The position numbers were made by a program, and so were the translations under genes. Positions 30,430-40,271 of a stretch of DNA of 64,000 nucleotides are shown in pieces. The notes under the pieces were generated by a model, which saw nothing but the letters and a program-made list of their open reading frames with translations, did no database searches and was not told the origin of the DNA. Source of the stretch: Nostoc sp. DedSLP01 (GTDB taxonomy: Bacteria; Cyanobacteriota; Cyanobacteriia; Cyanobacteriales; Nostocaceae); the NCBI GenBank assembly GCA_034530875.2, contig JAVRCJ020000027.1:42328-106327 (forward strand), read 5' to 3'. Position 1 is the stretch's first letter, and each line of letters opens with the position of its first letter.

Positions 30430-31011
30430 ATGTTATTACCTATATTGATTTTGCAACGTGTTATTAACAAATATTTAAGCAATCCAGCCGATTTAGCCAA
30501 CAGAAATTGTCTATTTGCGTGGCTATTTGAGTTAATTTCCAGTATTCTTAGCCAATTTTACTATTTGCCTATTGCTGTAACTACCTCTATAACTATTAAC
30601 TCTTCCTCACATTGGTTGCAACGCCAGCCAACTCAAACAGATAATGGTAAATATTTATATATATTCGCCAGTCATTCGCAAAAAAGGCAGCAGCATTTCC
30701 AGCAAATGACTCTCGCAGAACGTCAAGAATTATTAAATCAGCTTAAATTAGATTACAGCCAAATTCTTTTGGAATACTTTACGACAGATAAAACACTTAA
30801 AGAAAAAATCGATAAATTTATCAATACTATATTTTATGCTAATATTCCTGTGCCCCAAATTATCGAAATTCACATGGAAGTAATTGATGAATTTTCCAAA
30901 CAGCTAAAATTAGAAGGAAGGAGCGATGAAGCTTTACTAGATTACCGTTTGACCTTAATAGATATTTTGGCTAACCTATGCGAAGTCTATAGATCTTCGA
31001 TTTTTAAATAA
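30430..31011 (+). CDS. kaiA: Circadian clock protein KaiA, short form
   Basis: IIEIHMEVIDEFSKQLKLEGRS, LLDYRLTLIDILANLCEVYR; start uncertain. Confidence 0.9.
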   Translation: MLLPILILQRVINKYLSNPADLANRNCLFAWLFELISSILSQFYYLPIAVTTSITINSSSHWLQRQPTQTDNGKYLYIFASHSQKRQQHFQQMTLAERQELLNQLKLDYSQILLEYFTTDKTLKEKIDKFINTIFYANIPVPQIIEIHMEVIDEFSKQLKLEGRSDEALLDYRLTLIDILANLCEVYRSSIFK

Positions 31012-31116
31012 ATTAAATCCTCGATGTTCCAATCAGCACAAACTACAGTTGTTAGTTACCTCCAATGCTCGATAGAATCTTGTATTTTTCTTGCGATCGT
31101 TAGCCTGTAACTTATT

Positions 31117-31431
31117 ATGAATAAAGCCAGAAAGACTTATGTTCTCAAGCTTTATGTAGCAGGGAACACCCCTAACTCAGTACGGGCGTTAAAAACACTC
31201 AAAAATATTTTAGAACAGGAGTTTGAAGGTGTTTATGCTTTAAAAGTGATCGATGTCCTCAAAAGCCCGCAGCTGGCCGAAGAAGATAAAATATTGGCGA
31301 CGCCAACATTATCTAAAATTTTGCCTCCTCCTGTTCGCAAAATTATCGGCGATCTTTCAGATAGAGAACGAGTATTGATTGGATTAGATTTACTGTATGA
31401 AGAACTAAGTGAAGAAGATTTTACAGAATAA
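31117..31431 (+). CDS. kaiB: Circadian clock protein KaiB
   Basis: [35 protein letters not shown]. Confidence 0.98.
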   Translation: MNKARKTYVLKLYVAGNTPNSVRALKTLKNILEQEFEGVYALKVIDVLKSPQLAEEDKILATPTLSKILPPPVRKIIGDLSDRERVLIGLDLLYEELSEEDFTE

Positions 31432-31508
31432 AAAATTTAATCATAAGAAAATTGTAGCCACAGTGTTAGTAATAAAAACAGGGTTTCATACCCATTTGCG
31501 ATCGAACA

Positions 31509-33071
31509 ATGAGTGAAAAAGAGCCAATAGAACTAAAGAAACCCCCGTTAATTGGGGGTGTAGAGAAAATTCGCACGATGATTGAGGGGTTTGATGACAT
31601 TAGTCATGGTGGATTGCCCGTTGGTAGAACTACCTTGATTAGCGGCACCTCAGGTACGGGAAAAACTTTATTATCTCTTCAGTTTCTTTATAACGGTATT
31701 ACTTACTTTGACGAACCAGGAGTATTTGTTACCTTTGAAGAATCGCCCAGTGATATTATTAAAAACGCTCATATTTTTGGCTGGAATTTGCCACGCTTAA
31801 TTGAAGAAGGCAAATTATTTATTCTCGATGCATCTCCCGATCCAGAAGGTCAAGATATCGTTGGTAACTTTGACCTTTCTGCACTCATTGAGCGCTTGCA
31901 ATATGCTATTCGTAAATATAAAGCAAAACGAGTTTCCATAGACTCAATCACAGCAGTCTTTCAGCAGTATGAAGCAATGGGAGTGGTGCGTCGCGAAATC
32001 TTTCGCCTGGTAGCACGCCTCAAACAATTGAGTGTCACCACTGTTATTACCACCGAACGCAGCGAAGAATACGGCCCTGTTGCGTCTTTTGGAGTCGAAG
32101 AATTTGTTTCCGATAATGTCGTAATTGTTCGCAATGTTTTAGAAGGAGAACGCCGCCGCCGCACAATTGAAATTCTCAAATTGCGCGGTACAACTCACAT
32201 GAAAGGCGAGTATCCTTTCACAATTACCAACGAAGGAGTCAACATCTTTCCATTGGGGGCAATGCGCTTGACTCAACGTTCTTCTAATGTCAGAGTATCC
32301 TCTGGCGTCAAAACTTTAGATCAAATGTGCGGCGGTGGTTTCTTCAAAGATTCAATCATATTAGCAACGGGAGCTACAGGTACCGGCAAAACTCTACTAG
32401 TAAGTAAATTTATTCAAGATGGTTGTCTCAATGGAGAACAAGCAATCTTATTTGCTTATGAAGAATCACGCGCCCAACTATCTCGTAACGCTTCTTCTTG
32501 GGGAATTGATTTTGAAGAATTAGAACATCAAGGTTTATTAAAAATAATTTGTACCTACCCCGAATCAACTGGCTTAGAAGACCACTTACAAATTATTAAA
32601 TCAGAAATTGCTGTTTTTAAACCAGCTCGTATCGCCATTGATTCACTTTCAGCACTAGCTAGAGGAGTAAGTAATAATGCATTTCGACAGTTTGTAATTG
32701 GTGTTACAGGTTATGCCAAACAAGAAGAAATTACGGGTTTCTTTACTAACACAACCGACCAATTTATGGGATCGCATTCAATTACAGACTCTCATATTTC
32801 CACGATTACCGATACAATTTTGATGTTACAGTACGTAGAAATTCGTGGAGAAATGTCGCGGGCAATTAACGTATTTAAAATGAGAGGGTCTTGGCACGAT
32901 AAGGGGATCCGCGAGTATAATATCACTGCCGACGGGCCAGAAATTAAAGATTCATTCCGGAATTACGAACGGATTGTTAGTGGTGCTCCTACTCGCGTTA
33001 GCATCGATGAAAAGGCGGAACTTTCTCGCATTGTTAAACGTTTTGAGGATAAACAGAGTTCCGAATCCTAG
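31509..33071 (+). CDS. kaiC: Circadian clock protein KaiC
   Basis: Two RecA-like domains (GTSGTGKT, GATGTGKT); HISTITD phosphosite region. Confidence 0.98.
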   Translation: MSEKEPIELKKPPLIGGVEKIRTMIEGFDDISHGGLPVGRTTLISGTSGTGKTLLSLQFLYNGITYFDEPGVFVTFEESPSDIIKNAHIFGWNLPRLIEEGKLFILDASPDPEGQDIVGNFDLSALIERLQYAIRKYKAKRVSIDSITAVFQQYEAMGVVRREIFRLVARLKQLSVTTVITTERSEEYGPVASFGVEEFVSDNVVIVRNVLEGERRRRTIEILKLRGTTHMKGEYPFTITNEGVNIFPLGAMRLTQRSSNVRVSSGVKTLDQMCGGGFFKDSIILATGATGTGKTLLVSKFIQDGCLNGEQAILFAYEESRAQLSRNASSWGIDFEELEHQGLLKIICTYPESTGLEDHLQIIKSEIAVFKPARIAIDSLSALARGVSNNAFRQFVIGVTGYAKQEEITGFFTNTTDQFMGSHSITDSHISTITDTILMLQYVEIRGEMSRAINVFKMRGSWHDKGIREYNITADGPEIKDSFRNYERIVSGAPTRVSIDEKAELSRIVKRFEDKQSSES

Positions 33072-33121
33072 ATTTAGTATCGTAGTATATTCATTTCTAA
33101 ATTTAGTATCGTGCTATATTC
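33068..33121 (+). repeat. 25-bp direct repeat (29-bp period) containing TATATT
   Basis: CTAgATTTAGTATCGTagTATATTC and CTAaATTTAGTATCGTgcTATATTC. Confidence 0.8.
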
Positions 33122-33175
33122 TGTGGTGAAGAAAGGTTTTCTGCCGCTAGATTGATTTTCGTGTGAGGGGACGCG

Positions 33176-35422
33176 GTGAAAGGACAGCAATTATTCCATA
33201 GCTTCTTGCCTGGTGTTACAGCAGCGGTCTTAACAACTCAGCCTGCTTGGGCTGATACTGTGAAAGTAAGTGGGGTACAGCTGGCGTCTTCTTCAAGTGC
33301 TTTGACTTCTACTTATAGTCAAACCTTAGTTGTAGACTTCATGAATACGCAATTGCCTAAAACAGCAAATGTTAGTATTCCAACCCTATTACCTGCTCCT
33401 GGTTTTACTAAGTTTAATGTAAAGCCTTTAAGTAATAACAGTATTCCAGTTTTTATGGCTGAAAATACTGATGTGCCAATAAAACAAGTAGCTCAAAAAG
33501 ATAAAGGTAGACTTTTGGGTTTAACGGCTACCTCTGGTTCTTCCCAACAGCCAGATATCAACCGTTCTCTTAAAAGCAATCAAAAACAGAGCAATTCAAG
33601 CCCTTATTGGCAAAAGTTAAAGAAGACAGTAGTTCCTGACTACACTTCCAAATCTGCTTCTGCCGAAAAAGAAATTTTGTCTGTGTCTTCACAGCAGCCA
33701 GTGGTTCAAAAGATAAATACTGTTAGTCAGTTACAGACACTTTTACAAACCTCAAGTAAAGATGTAAGAGCAGCAAAACTGTTGTCAGTCAACAACTGTC
33801 AACAGCAGGAGTTGGGAAAAAGCACAATTAATTCGTCCGCTGCTTTGCTCCTAGCCTCAAACACCTGTCTAAAACAAAATGCTCTTGACAAACGCCTAGC
33901 TCAAAGTAATACCACAGTTCCCACAGAGTCAACACCGTCTCCTAGTTTACCAGGAAGCTTAACTCCCGCACCAGGAGGTTCGGCACCAAATCCTACTGTG
34001 CCAGGAAGCCTAACTCCTGCACCAGGAAGTTCCACACCAACTCCTACGGTACCAACCAGCGTAACTCCTGTACCTTCAGGCCCGGTGCAAATTCCTGAGA
34101 ATCTGATTCCGAATGCAAATCCCCTGCAATTTCCTACCAAACCGGGGGAAGTGACATTCCAGGGAAATCAGCCGATTACTTTGGCACAAGCTTTGGAGTT
34201 AGCACGGCGTAACAATCGGGATTTACAGGTGTCGCTATTGGAGTTGGAACGCAGCCGCTATGCTTTGAGAGAGGCGGAAGCAACTTTATTGCCGACTCTG
34301 GGAGTGAATGCGGATATCACTCGCGGTCAATCTTCTAGTAGCCAGCTTGGGGCCGAACAACAGGAACGACAAACTGGCTTGCCTTCTAATGGCGATGAGG
34401 CAAGTACACGTTTTTCTGGACAAGCACAACTGTCTTATGACTTATATACCTCTGGGTTAAATAAAGCCCGGAGAAACGCTGCTAGGGAACAGGTACGGTT
34501 CAATGAGTTGGCTGTAGAAGCTCAGTCAGAAGAAATTCGTTTGAATGTGACGACTGACTACTACAATTTACAGCAAGCAGACGAACAAGTACGCATTGCT
34601 CAGTCAGCCGTACAGAATTCCGAAGCTAGTTTGCGCGATGCAGAAGCTTTAGAGCGAGCTGGGGTTGGTACGCGGTTCGACGTGCTGCGTTCTCAGGTGA
34701 ATTTAGCAAACGCCCAGCAAGATTTAACTAATGCTAGATCTCAGCAGGCAATTGCCCGTCGTCAGTTGGCAACTCGGATAAGTTTGCCCCAGGGGGTTAA
34801 TATCAGTGCCGCCGACCCCGTACAGTTAGCTGGTCTTTGGGATCTGACGTTAGAAGAAAGTATCGTGCGAGCTTTTCAAAACCGCCCGGAACTGCAACAA
34901 CAGTTGGCACAACGTAATATTAACGAGCAACAGCGTCGGCAAGCCCTTGCAGAACTCGGCCCTCAAGTTAGTTTGGTAGCCACCTACGACCTGCTAGATC
35001 AGTTTGATGATAGCGTTAGCGTTACAGATGGTTATTCATTTGGAGTTCGAGCAACCCTAAATTTATTTGATGGGGGAGCAGCAAGAGCTAGAGCAGCTCA
35101 GCAAAGAACTAATATTGCGATCGCAGAAACTCAATTTGCCCAACAGCGCGACCAAATTCGCTTTCAAGTAGAACAAGCCTTTTCTAACCAGCAATCTAAT
35201 TTGGAAAACGTGCAAACCGCTAATACAGCTTTAGAGCAAGCTAGAGAAGCTCTACGTTTAGCGCGTTTGCGATTCCAAGCTGGTGTAGGTACTCAAACTG
35301 ATGTCATTAACTCTGAAAACGATTTAACAAGAGCTGAAGGTAATCGAGTCGCAGCAATTTTGGATTACAACCGTGCTTTAGCTCAACTGCAACGGTCTGT
35401 TACCCTCAGAGGACTCCGCTAA
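33176..35422 (+). CDS. hgdD: TolC-family outer membrane efflux protein (HgdD-like)
   Basis: Two OEP repeats (GVGTRFDV, AGVGTQTDV), long Pro/Thr-rich N-region, located right after kaiC. Confidence 0.85.
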   Translation: MKGQQLFHSFLPGVTAAVLTTQPAWADTVKVSGVQLASSSSALTSTYSQTLVVDFMNTQLPKTANVSIPTLLPAPGFTKFNVKPLSNNSIPVFMAENTDVPIKQVAQKDKGRLLGLTATSGSSQQPDINRSLKSNQKQSNSSPYWQKLKKTVVPDYTSKSASAEKEILSVSSQQPVVQKINTVSQLQTLLQTSSKDVRAAKLLSVNNCQQQELGKSTINSSAALLLASNTCLKQNALDKRLAQSNTTVPTESTPSPSLPGSLTPAPGGSAPNPTVPGSLTPAPGSSTPTPTVPTSVTPVPSGPVQIPENLIPNANPLQFPTKPGEVTFQGNQPITLAQALELARRNNRDLQVSLLELERSRYALREAEATLLPTLGVNADITRGQSSSSQLGAEQQERQTGLPSNGDEASTRFSGQAQLSYDLYTSGLNKARRNAAREQVRFNELAVEAQSEEIRLNVTTDYYNLQQADEQVRIAQSAVQNSEASLRDAEALERAGVGTRFDVLRSQVNLANAQQDLTNARSQQAIARRQLATRISLPQGVNISAADPVQLAGLWDLTLEESIVRAFQNRPELQQQLAQRNINEQQRRQALAELGPQVSLVATYDLLDQFDDSVSVTDGYSFGVRATLNLFDGGAARARAAQQRTNIAIAETQFAQQRDQIRFQVEQAFSNQQSNLENVQTANTALEQAREALRLARLRFQAGVGTQTDVINSENDLTRAEGNRVAAILDYNRALAQLQRSVTLRGLR

Positions 35423-35730
35423 TTACCCCAAACTCAACCACATCAGAGAATTGAGTAGCCTTTCTCATGAAAAGCTCCCTAAAGCCTCATCTTTCAGCGA
35501 TTAAACTGGAAAATGAGGTTTTTTGTTAAATGGGCATTGGGCATTGAGGAAGCAGGAGGTGTGGGAGGACGAGGAAGAAATCTTTCCCCCCAGACTCCCC
35601 TCTTTCCCCACACTCGCCTGCCTGCCTAAACAGATAAATTTCCTTAACCCAAGCGTATTGCCCCATACCCTATGCCCAATGCGCATTTTTCATATCAAGT
35701 GGCAAAATTGAACTAACATAACTGAGTGTT

Positions 35731-35755
35731 CGTAGTTTACCGCCGTAGGCATCGC
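35731..35755 (-). mobile_element. SDR5-like 18-nt insert in a HIP1-like site
   Basis: Minus strand GCGAT-GCCTACGGCGGTAAACTA-CG(A); related to the 45406 insert. Confidence 0.65.
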
Positions 35756-35773
35756 TCGCCTCGTCAAAGATTC

Positions 35774-36151
35774 ATGACTAAAGTAACACCGAAAGAAATT
35801 GCACAGTTTCGCTCTCAATTGGCAGACGATCCCAGCGATATGGAAGCGCTGGACTTGATTGAAGACTGTGATGGAGATTTAGAGGATGCAGCCATGACGC
35901 TAGCTATCCGCGCAGGACAACAACCAGAGAGAGCAAATTCTGAATGGTTAGATGCTTTGGCTAGAAAATGGCGTGCGGTCATTTGCGAACAAGAATTCCG
36001 GGAAGATTTGCTCAATAATTCAATGGCGAAGATGCTGGAACAGCTCAAAACAACGCCAACGTTTCCCAAGATTTTGGCAACTCCGGTTTTAATTTATGTC
36101 CTCAAGCAAGGCGCGAACAATTTTTGTGAGCCACTAGATTTGTTAAAGTGA
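35774..36151 (+). CDS. Conserved-looking hypothetical protein
   Basis: 125-aa ORF with LIEDCDGDLEDAA. Confidence 0.8.
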   Translation: MTKVTPKEIAQFRSQLADDPSDMEALDLIEDCDGDLEDAAMTLAIRAGQQPERANSEWLDALARKWRAVICEQEFREDLLNNSMAKMLEQLKTTPTFPKILATPVLIYVLKQGANNFCEPLDLLK

Positions 36152-36369
36152 GGGATTGGGGACTGGGGATTGGAAAGTCAACAGTTAAACGATTTGTAAC
36201 TTAAGTTGACACCAATCAACACCTATTCCCTACCTGTGTGCGCAATTCTGACTCCTGAATTCTGACTCCTGACTCCTGAATTCTAACTTCTGACTTCTGC
36301 CTCATGCCTACAGGACTGATACGCTGTTAATTAAGGCAAAAATTTTATTAGACAAGTATTGTAGTATCA

Positions 36370-36876
36370 ATGAATTACCTTGTTGCCGTATTACCAGACC
36401 GGATTCAAGCTGAAGCTGCTTACTTAGCTTTAGAAAAAGAAGGGATAAAGAGTACTATCCTGGGGAAGGGGTATAAAAGCGCTGATGAGTTTGGCTTAAT
36501 TGACCCCAAAGACCAAGCCAAGAAGCAAGCACGGCTCATGGCAACCTGGCTGATACCATTCGGCTTTTTTGCAGGTTTCACCTTCAGCCTAATAACTGGT
36601 TTGCATACTTTTGCCTGGGCGGGTGAAGTTGGCAATCACATTATTGGTGGACTACTGGGCGCTGGTAGTGGTGCTATGGGTGGTGTGTTTGTGGGTGGCG
36701 GAGTTGGTTTACTCGTAGGTAGCGGTGATGCTTTACCCTACCGTAACCGTTTGGATGCGGGTAAATACTTAATTGCAGTTGAAGGTTCTGAAATTCTCAC
36801 TCGTCAGGCAACCAGGATATTACGGCAATTTGAACCGGAAAATATCCAGGGTTATGCAGATACGAGTAATGTGTAG
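36370..36876 (+). CDS. Hypothetical membrane protein with Gly-zipper helices
   Basis: GGLLGAGSGAMGGVFVGGGVG; YRNRLDAGKYL. Confidence 0.82.
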   Translation: MNYLVAVLPDRIQAEAAYLALEKEGIKSTILGKGYKSADEFGLIDPKDQAKKQARLMATWLIPFGFFAGFTFSLITGLHTFAWAGEVGNHIIGGLLGAGSGAMGGVFVGGGVGLLVGSGDALPYRNRLDAGKYLIAVEGSEILTRQATRILRQFEPENIQGYADTSNV

Positions 36877-36969
36877 CGAATGAATCATAATTTACACATT
36901 ACAGCACAAATGACTAATGTACAGACGCGATTAATCGCGTCTCTACTAATAATTAAGAACTAATTCAGA

Positions 36970-37749
36970 ATGTTGCCAAGAGAAGAACTTTTAAAAGGTG
37001 TTGAAAATCGAGATAGTGTAGCTCGTGTAATCGACCAAGCAGAGCAAGCTATTAAAACTTGGGAAGTAGTTGTGACGGATTTTTTATCTCCTCCAGAATT
37101 GGCGGAAATTCAACGAGTATTTAGCCGATTAACAGAGGTGCAATTAGTTGCTTGGGGTGGATATCCGCAAGCTGAACGCCAAAGAATAGCGATCGCTCGT
37201 TCGGAACTTCCCTTAGATTCATCTCAAGTCAGCCTTGTGGCGCTGGAAATTGCTGGTAATTTCTTATTTGATACGGCAACTCACCGCGACTTTTTAGGCG
37301 CAATGCTGGGGACAGGAATTGTGCGGGAAAAGACGGGAGATATTATTGTTTTGGGAGAACGAGGGGCGCAAGCGATTGTCGCACCAGAGTTGGTGGAATT
37401 TTTAGAAATGAATCTCAAACAGGTGCGATCGGTGCCTGTAAAAACTCAACGCATTGAGATTACTGAATTAAAAGTTAGAGAGCCAAAGAAAAAAGAATTA
37501 ACTACTGTGGAAGCATCTTTGCGATTAGATGCGATCGCCTCTGCTGGTTTTGGCATATCCCGCAGTAAAATGGTTGATTTAATCGACTCCGGTGATGTGC
37601 GCGTCAATTGGAAAGAAGTAACTCAAGCTAGTTCCCAAGTCAAATCCGGTGACTTAATCGCCATTCGTTCTAAAGGACGTTTGGAAGTCGGAGAAATCGC
37701 TGTGACTAAAAAAGACCGTTATCGCGTCCAACTAACTCGCTATATGTGA
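36970..37749 (+). CDS. Photosystem II S4-domain protein (YlmH/Sll1252 family)
   Basis: TDFLSPP, GGYPQAER, HRDFLGA, SLRLDAIASAGF. Confidence 0.9.
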   Translation: MLPREELLKGVENRDSVARVIDQAEQAIKTWEVVVTDFLSPPELAEIQRVFSRLTEVQLVAWGGYPQAERQRIAIARSELPLDSSQVSLVALEIAGNFLFDTATHRDFLGAMLGTGIVREKTGDIIVLGERGAQAIVAPELVEFLEMNLKQVRSVPVKTQRIEITELKVREPKKKELTTVEASLRLDAIASAGFGISRSKMVDLIDSGDVRVNWKEVTQASSQVKSGDLIAIRSKGRLEVGEIAVTKKDRYRVQLTRYM

Positions 37750-37837
37750 TTTTTGGGTTAACTAAGTATCAGCTATATCCGTGCATAGTTACCCTCGATA
37801 GCAATCTTTCTCAGAGAAAGCACGAGCAAACTCAAAC

Positions 37838-38614
37838 TTAGAATTTAAATCTTTTTGCCAACATCTTTAGCAGAATTTTTCGCGGAACTAATCGAGCTAA
37901 TATACTTCTAATTTGAGTTGGAAAATCGCCGAGAATAACAGTTGGTTGTCCTTCTTCTAAAGCTTTGAGCGATTCGCTAACTACTTCTTGACAAGAAAAA
38001 ACCTTTTCTGTACTACCTGCTAAAGCTGGAGGAAAATTAGCTTCTGTAAAAAAATTTGTTTCTATTGGCCCCGGACAAGTAACTAAAACACGGATGCCAT
38101 ATTGATAATTTTCTGCCCAGAGTGCTTCACTAAAGCTAATAATAAAAGCTTTACTAGCAGCATAAACAGAAACATAAGGTATTGGTTGAAATCCGGTAAT
38201 TGAGGATACGTTAATAATACTTCCAGAGCGACGTTGCCGCATTAATGGGAGAAACTTATGAGTTAAATCTACCAATGACAAAATATTTAGTTGTATAATT
38301 TTAACTTGTCTTTCCCCATCTGATTCGGCAAAATCGCCATAAGATCCTAAACCAGCATTGTTGATTAATAAATCAATCGTCAAGCCCTGAGTCTTTGTAA
38401 TATCAAATACAGCAGCAGCAGCGTTAGGTTCTGTAAGGTCTTTAACTATAACGTCTACTTGAATTTTATGTTTTTCTTTTAGTTCTTGAGCTAATTGGTT
38501 GAGTTTATTTTTGGAACGAGCAACGAGTACAAGATTTGTATTGCGTGCAGCTAATTCCTGGGCAAAAGCCTTACCAATACCACTAGAGGCACCAGTAATT
38601 AAAGCAGTTGACAT
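37838..38614 (-). CDS. Short-chain dehydrogenase/reductase
   Basis: TGASSGIG, NNAG, YAASK. Confidence 0.93.
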   Translation of the reverse strand: MSTALITGASSGIGKAFAQELAARNTNLVLVARSKNKLNQLAQELKEKHKIQVDVIVKDLTEPNAAAAVFDITKTQGLTIDLLINNAGLGSYGDFAESDGERQVKIIQLNILSLVDLTHKFLPLMRQRRSGSIINVSSITGFQPIPYVSVYAASKAFIISFSEALWAENYQYGIRVLVTCPGPIETNFFTEANFPPALAGSTEKVFSCQEVVSESLKALEEGQPTVILGDFPTQIRSILARLVPRKILLKMLAKRFKF

Positions 38615-38820
38615 TCTACATTTTTAGATAGTTTTTCTAGCACATTCTAAATATTAGCTATAGTGCATATAAATTTTAACTATCCAAAGTGATATACCGA
38701 AAAGGGTAAAGCTAGCACCCGCAGTGACTAAGCTGATACGCTTTTAAATTGCATAGTTCAACTCGCTAGAAAGAAGCAAGGACGCGGGGACACGGAGATG
38801 CAATTTGAATGACAATTAGC

Positions 38821-39399
38821 TTACCATTGTTCAGCCCAATAAATAATTTCTGAAGTGGAACTATTAATTGCCACACCATAGCTATCTCCATGATTCCATT
38901 TGAAGCCCGATCTACCTCTGTCGGTTGCTTTTAAGACTAGTATTTCATAACTATCGGGAAAAGTTTCCGTAGGAGAGTCGCTAGTGTAGAAAAAAGTTGT
39001 CGGCACGCCATTAGGCTGATTTATATGGTCGTTTGTGTTACCGCCTCTATATTTATGCTTTGCACGATTTCTGTATTGTGAAAGTAATTTTTCTATTTTT
39101 TCTGCTGGTTGTTTTAATCTCATTTGAAAAAAACTACCCCCTTGTAAAAATCCAGGAGAGTAAGCGATACGAACATTTTTAGCATCAGCTGGAATCTGAT
39201 TAGGAAAATGTTTTAGTTCGTCTTTACTAGACCACAATTGATTGCGAATTTCTGTATAGCGTCTTGTATCCGTTATAATTTCAGGCTCACTAGTATTGCT
39301 AAAAGCTTTTTTTAGTAAAAAGCTTCCCCCGACAATACCAAGGCTGCCAAGGGAAAATAGAACTATCATGGCAGCTTGGACAAAATGCGCTCGCTTCAT
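38821..39399 (-). CDS. Hypothetical membrane-anchored protein
   Basis: N-terminal TM; HFPNQIP, WNHG, IIYWAEQW. Confidence 0.8.
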   Translation of the reverse strand: MKRAHFVQAAMIVLFSLGSLGIVGGSFLLKKAFSNTSEPEIITDTRRYTEIRNQLWSSKDELKHFPNQIPADAKNVRIAYSPGFLQGGSFFQMRLKQPAEKIEKLLSQYRNRAKHKYRGGNTNDHINQPNGVPTTFFYTSDSPTETFPDSYEILVLKATDRGRSGFKWNHGDSYGVAINSSTSEIIYWAEQW

Positions 39400-39569
39400 C
39401 GAGTTAGACTAGCCTAATTTTTATTGTTATATATCTAACTACTAAACTAAACTCGTACTATTGCGGATACGGTAGTAGAGATATTAACGGAAACTTTGCG
39501 TATTCGGGCTAATTTTGCAGATTTTGTAAAATTTCTGTGAAGATAGTTAATATTTATCTAGTCAAATAC

Positions 39570-39661
39570 CGTAATACTAATTCAAAATTCACGCATTTAT
39601 AAAATTAGATATCACAAGGGTTTGAGCTTATGTATCAGAAGCATTTTTTTCAAATTGGTAT
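39570..39661. mobile_element. Degenerate MITE (ATACCAATT family)
   Basis: ATACTAATTC...TTTTTCAAATTGGTAT ends. Confidence 0.5.
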
Positions 39662-39827
39662 AAGTTTTCTTGTTGAGGTCATTACTAAGCGTATATAGCA
39701 ATCCTCTTTCTACGAGGAATTCTCCGAATCAAGCCGGATTCCTATAGATAACTAAATTGATTTCATAGCTATCCATTCTTTTTTCAATTCTTCCCGATCG
39801 AGCAAGAACCAAAACGGATATATAAAT

Positions 39828-39883
39828 AGTAGATGCACCTTAATTAAATCACAGCCCTCAGCTTTTAGCTGGGGGCTTTATTT
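39828..39883 (+). ncRNA. nsiR1: NsiR1-like sRNA, copy 1
   Basis: AGTAGATGCACC 5' end; terminator AGCCCTCAGC-TTTTA-GCTGGGGGCT; TCCCGA 36 nt upstream. Confidence 0.72.
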
Positions 39884-39972
39884 ATTGTCGTGATTTTTGA
39901 TTCTGTAAACAAAAATTTTTTTCTAGGTCAAATTTACCCGGATACTATAAAAACTAAAGCGGATTAATAAAT

Positions 39973-40029
39973 GGTAGATGCACCTTAATAAACTTGATAG
40001 CTCTCAGCTTTTAGCTGGGAGCTTTATTT
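39973..40029 (+). ncRNA. nsiR1: NsiR1-like sRNA, copy 2
   Basis: GGTAGATGCACC; terminator AGCTCTCAGC-TTTTA-GCTGGGAGCT; CCCGGA at 39937 (-36). Confidence 0.8.
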
Positions 40030-40209
40030 ACAGGAAATTGTCAGGCAGATAGGTACTAATTTTAAGAGCAAAACTATATACCAAGAGAGTTAAAAGCCTA
40101 TCCCTTGTTCCCTAATACATTGTTAATAGGTTTTATTCAAAAATATAAAAATTTTATTAAAAAATTGGCTTTTACCGGATAGAGTCACAAGTAAAGTGGA
40201 TTAATAAAT

Positions 40210-40270
40210 GGTAGATGCACTCTAATAAATCACAGAAATCACAGCCCTCAGCCTTTGGTCTGAGGCTTTT
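40210..40270 (+). ncRNA. nsiR1: NsiR1-like sRNA, copy 3
   Basis: GGTAGATGCACT; terminator hairpin then TTTT; ACCGGA at 40174 (-36). Confidence 0.78.
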
Positions 40271-40271
40271 A

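Noticed and set aside
30066..30500. ORFs 30066-30287 and 30288-30500 in the kai promoter region
   Set aside because: No recognisable motifs; likely chance ORFs in regulatory DNA
33945..34080. 51-bp repeats in hgdD
   Set aside because: Ordinary Pro/Thr linker coding repeats
39733..39780. GCCGGA as a fourth NsiR1 promoter
   Set aside because: No GTAGATGCAC or terminator at the expected position
39792..40270. Repeat-spacer pattern as a CRISPR array
   Set aside because: Periods of 145 and 237 bp are irregular, each unit has its own promoter and terminator, and there are no cas genes; fits NsiR1
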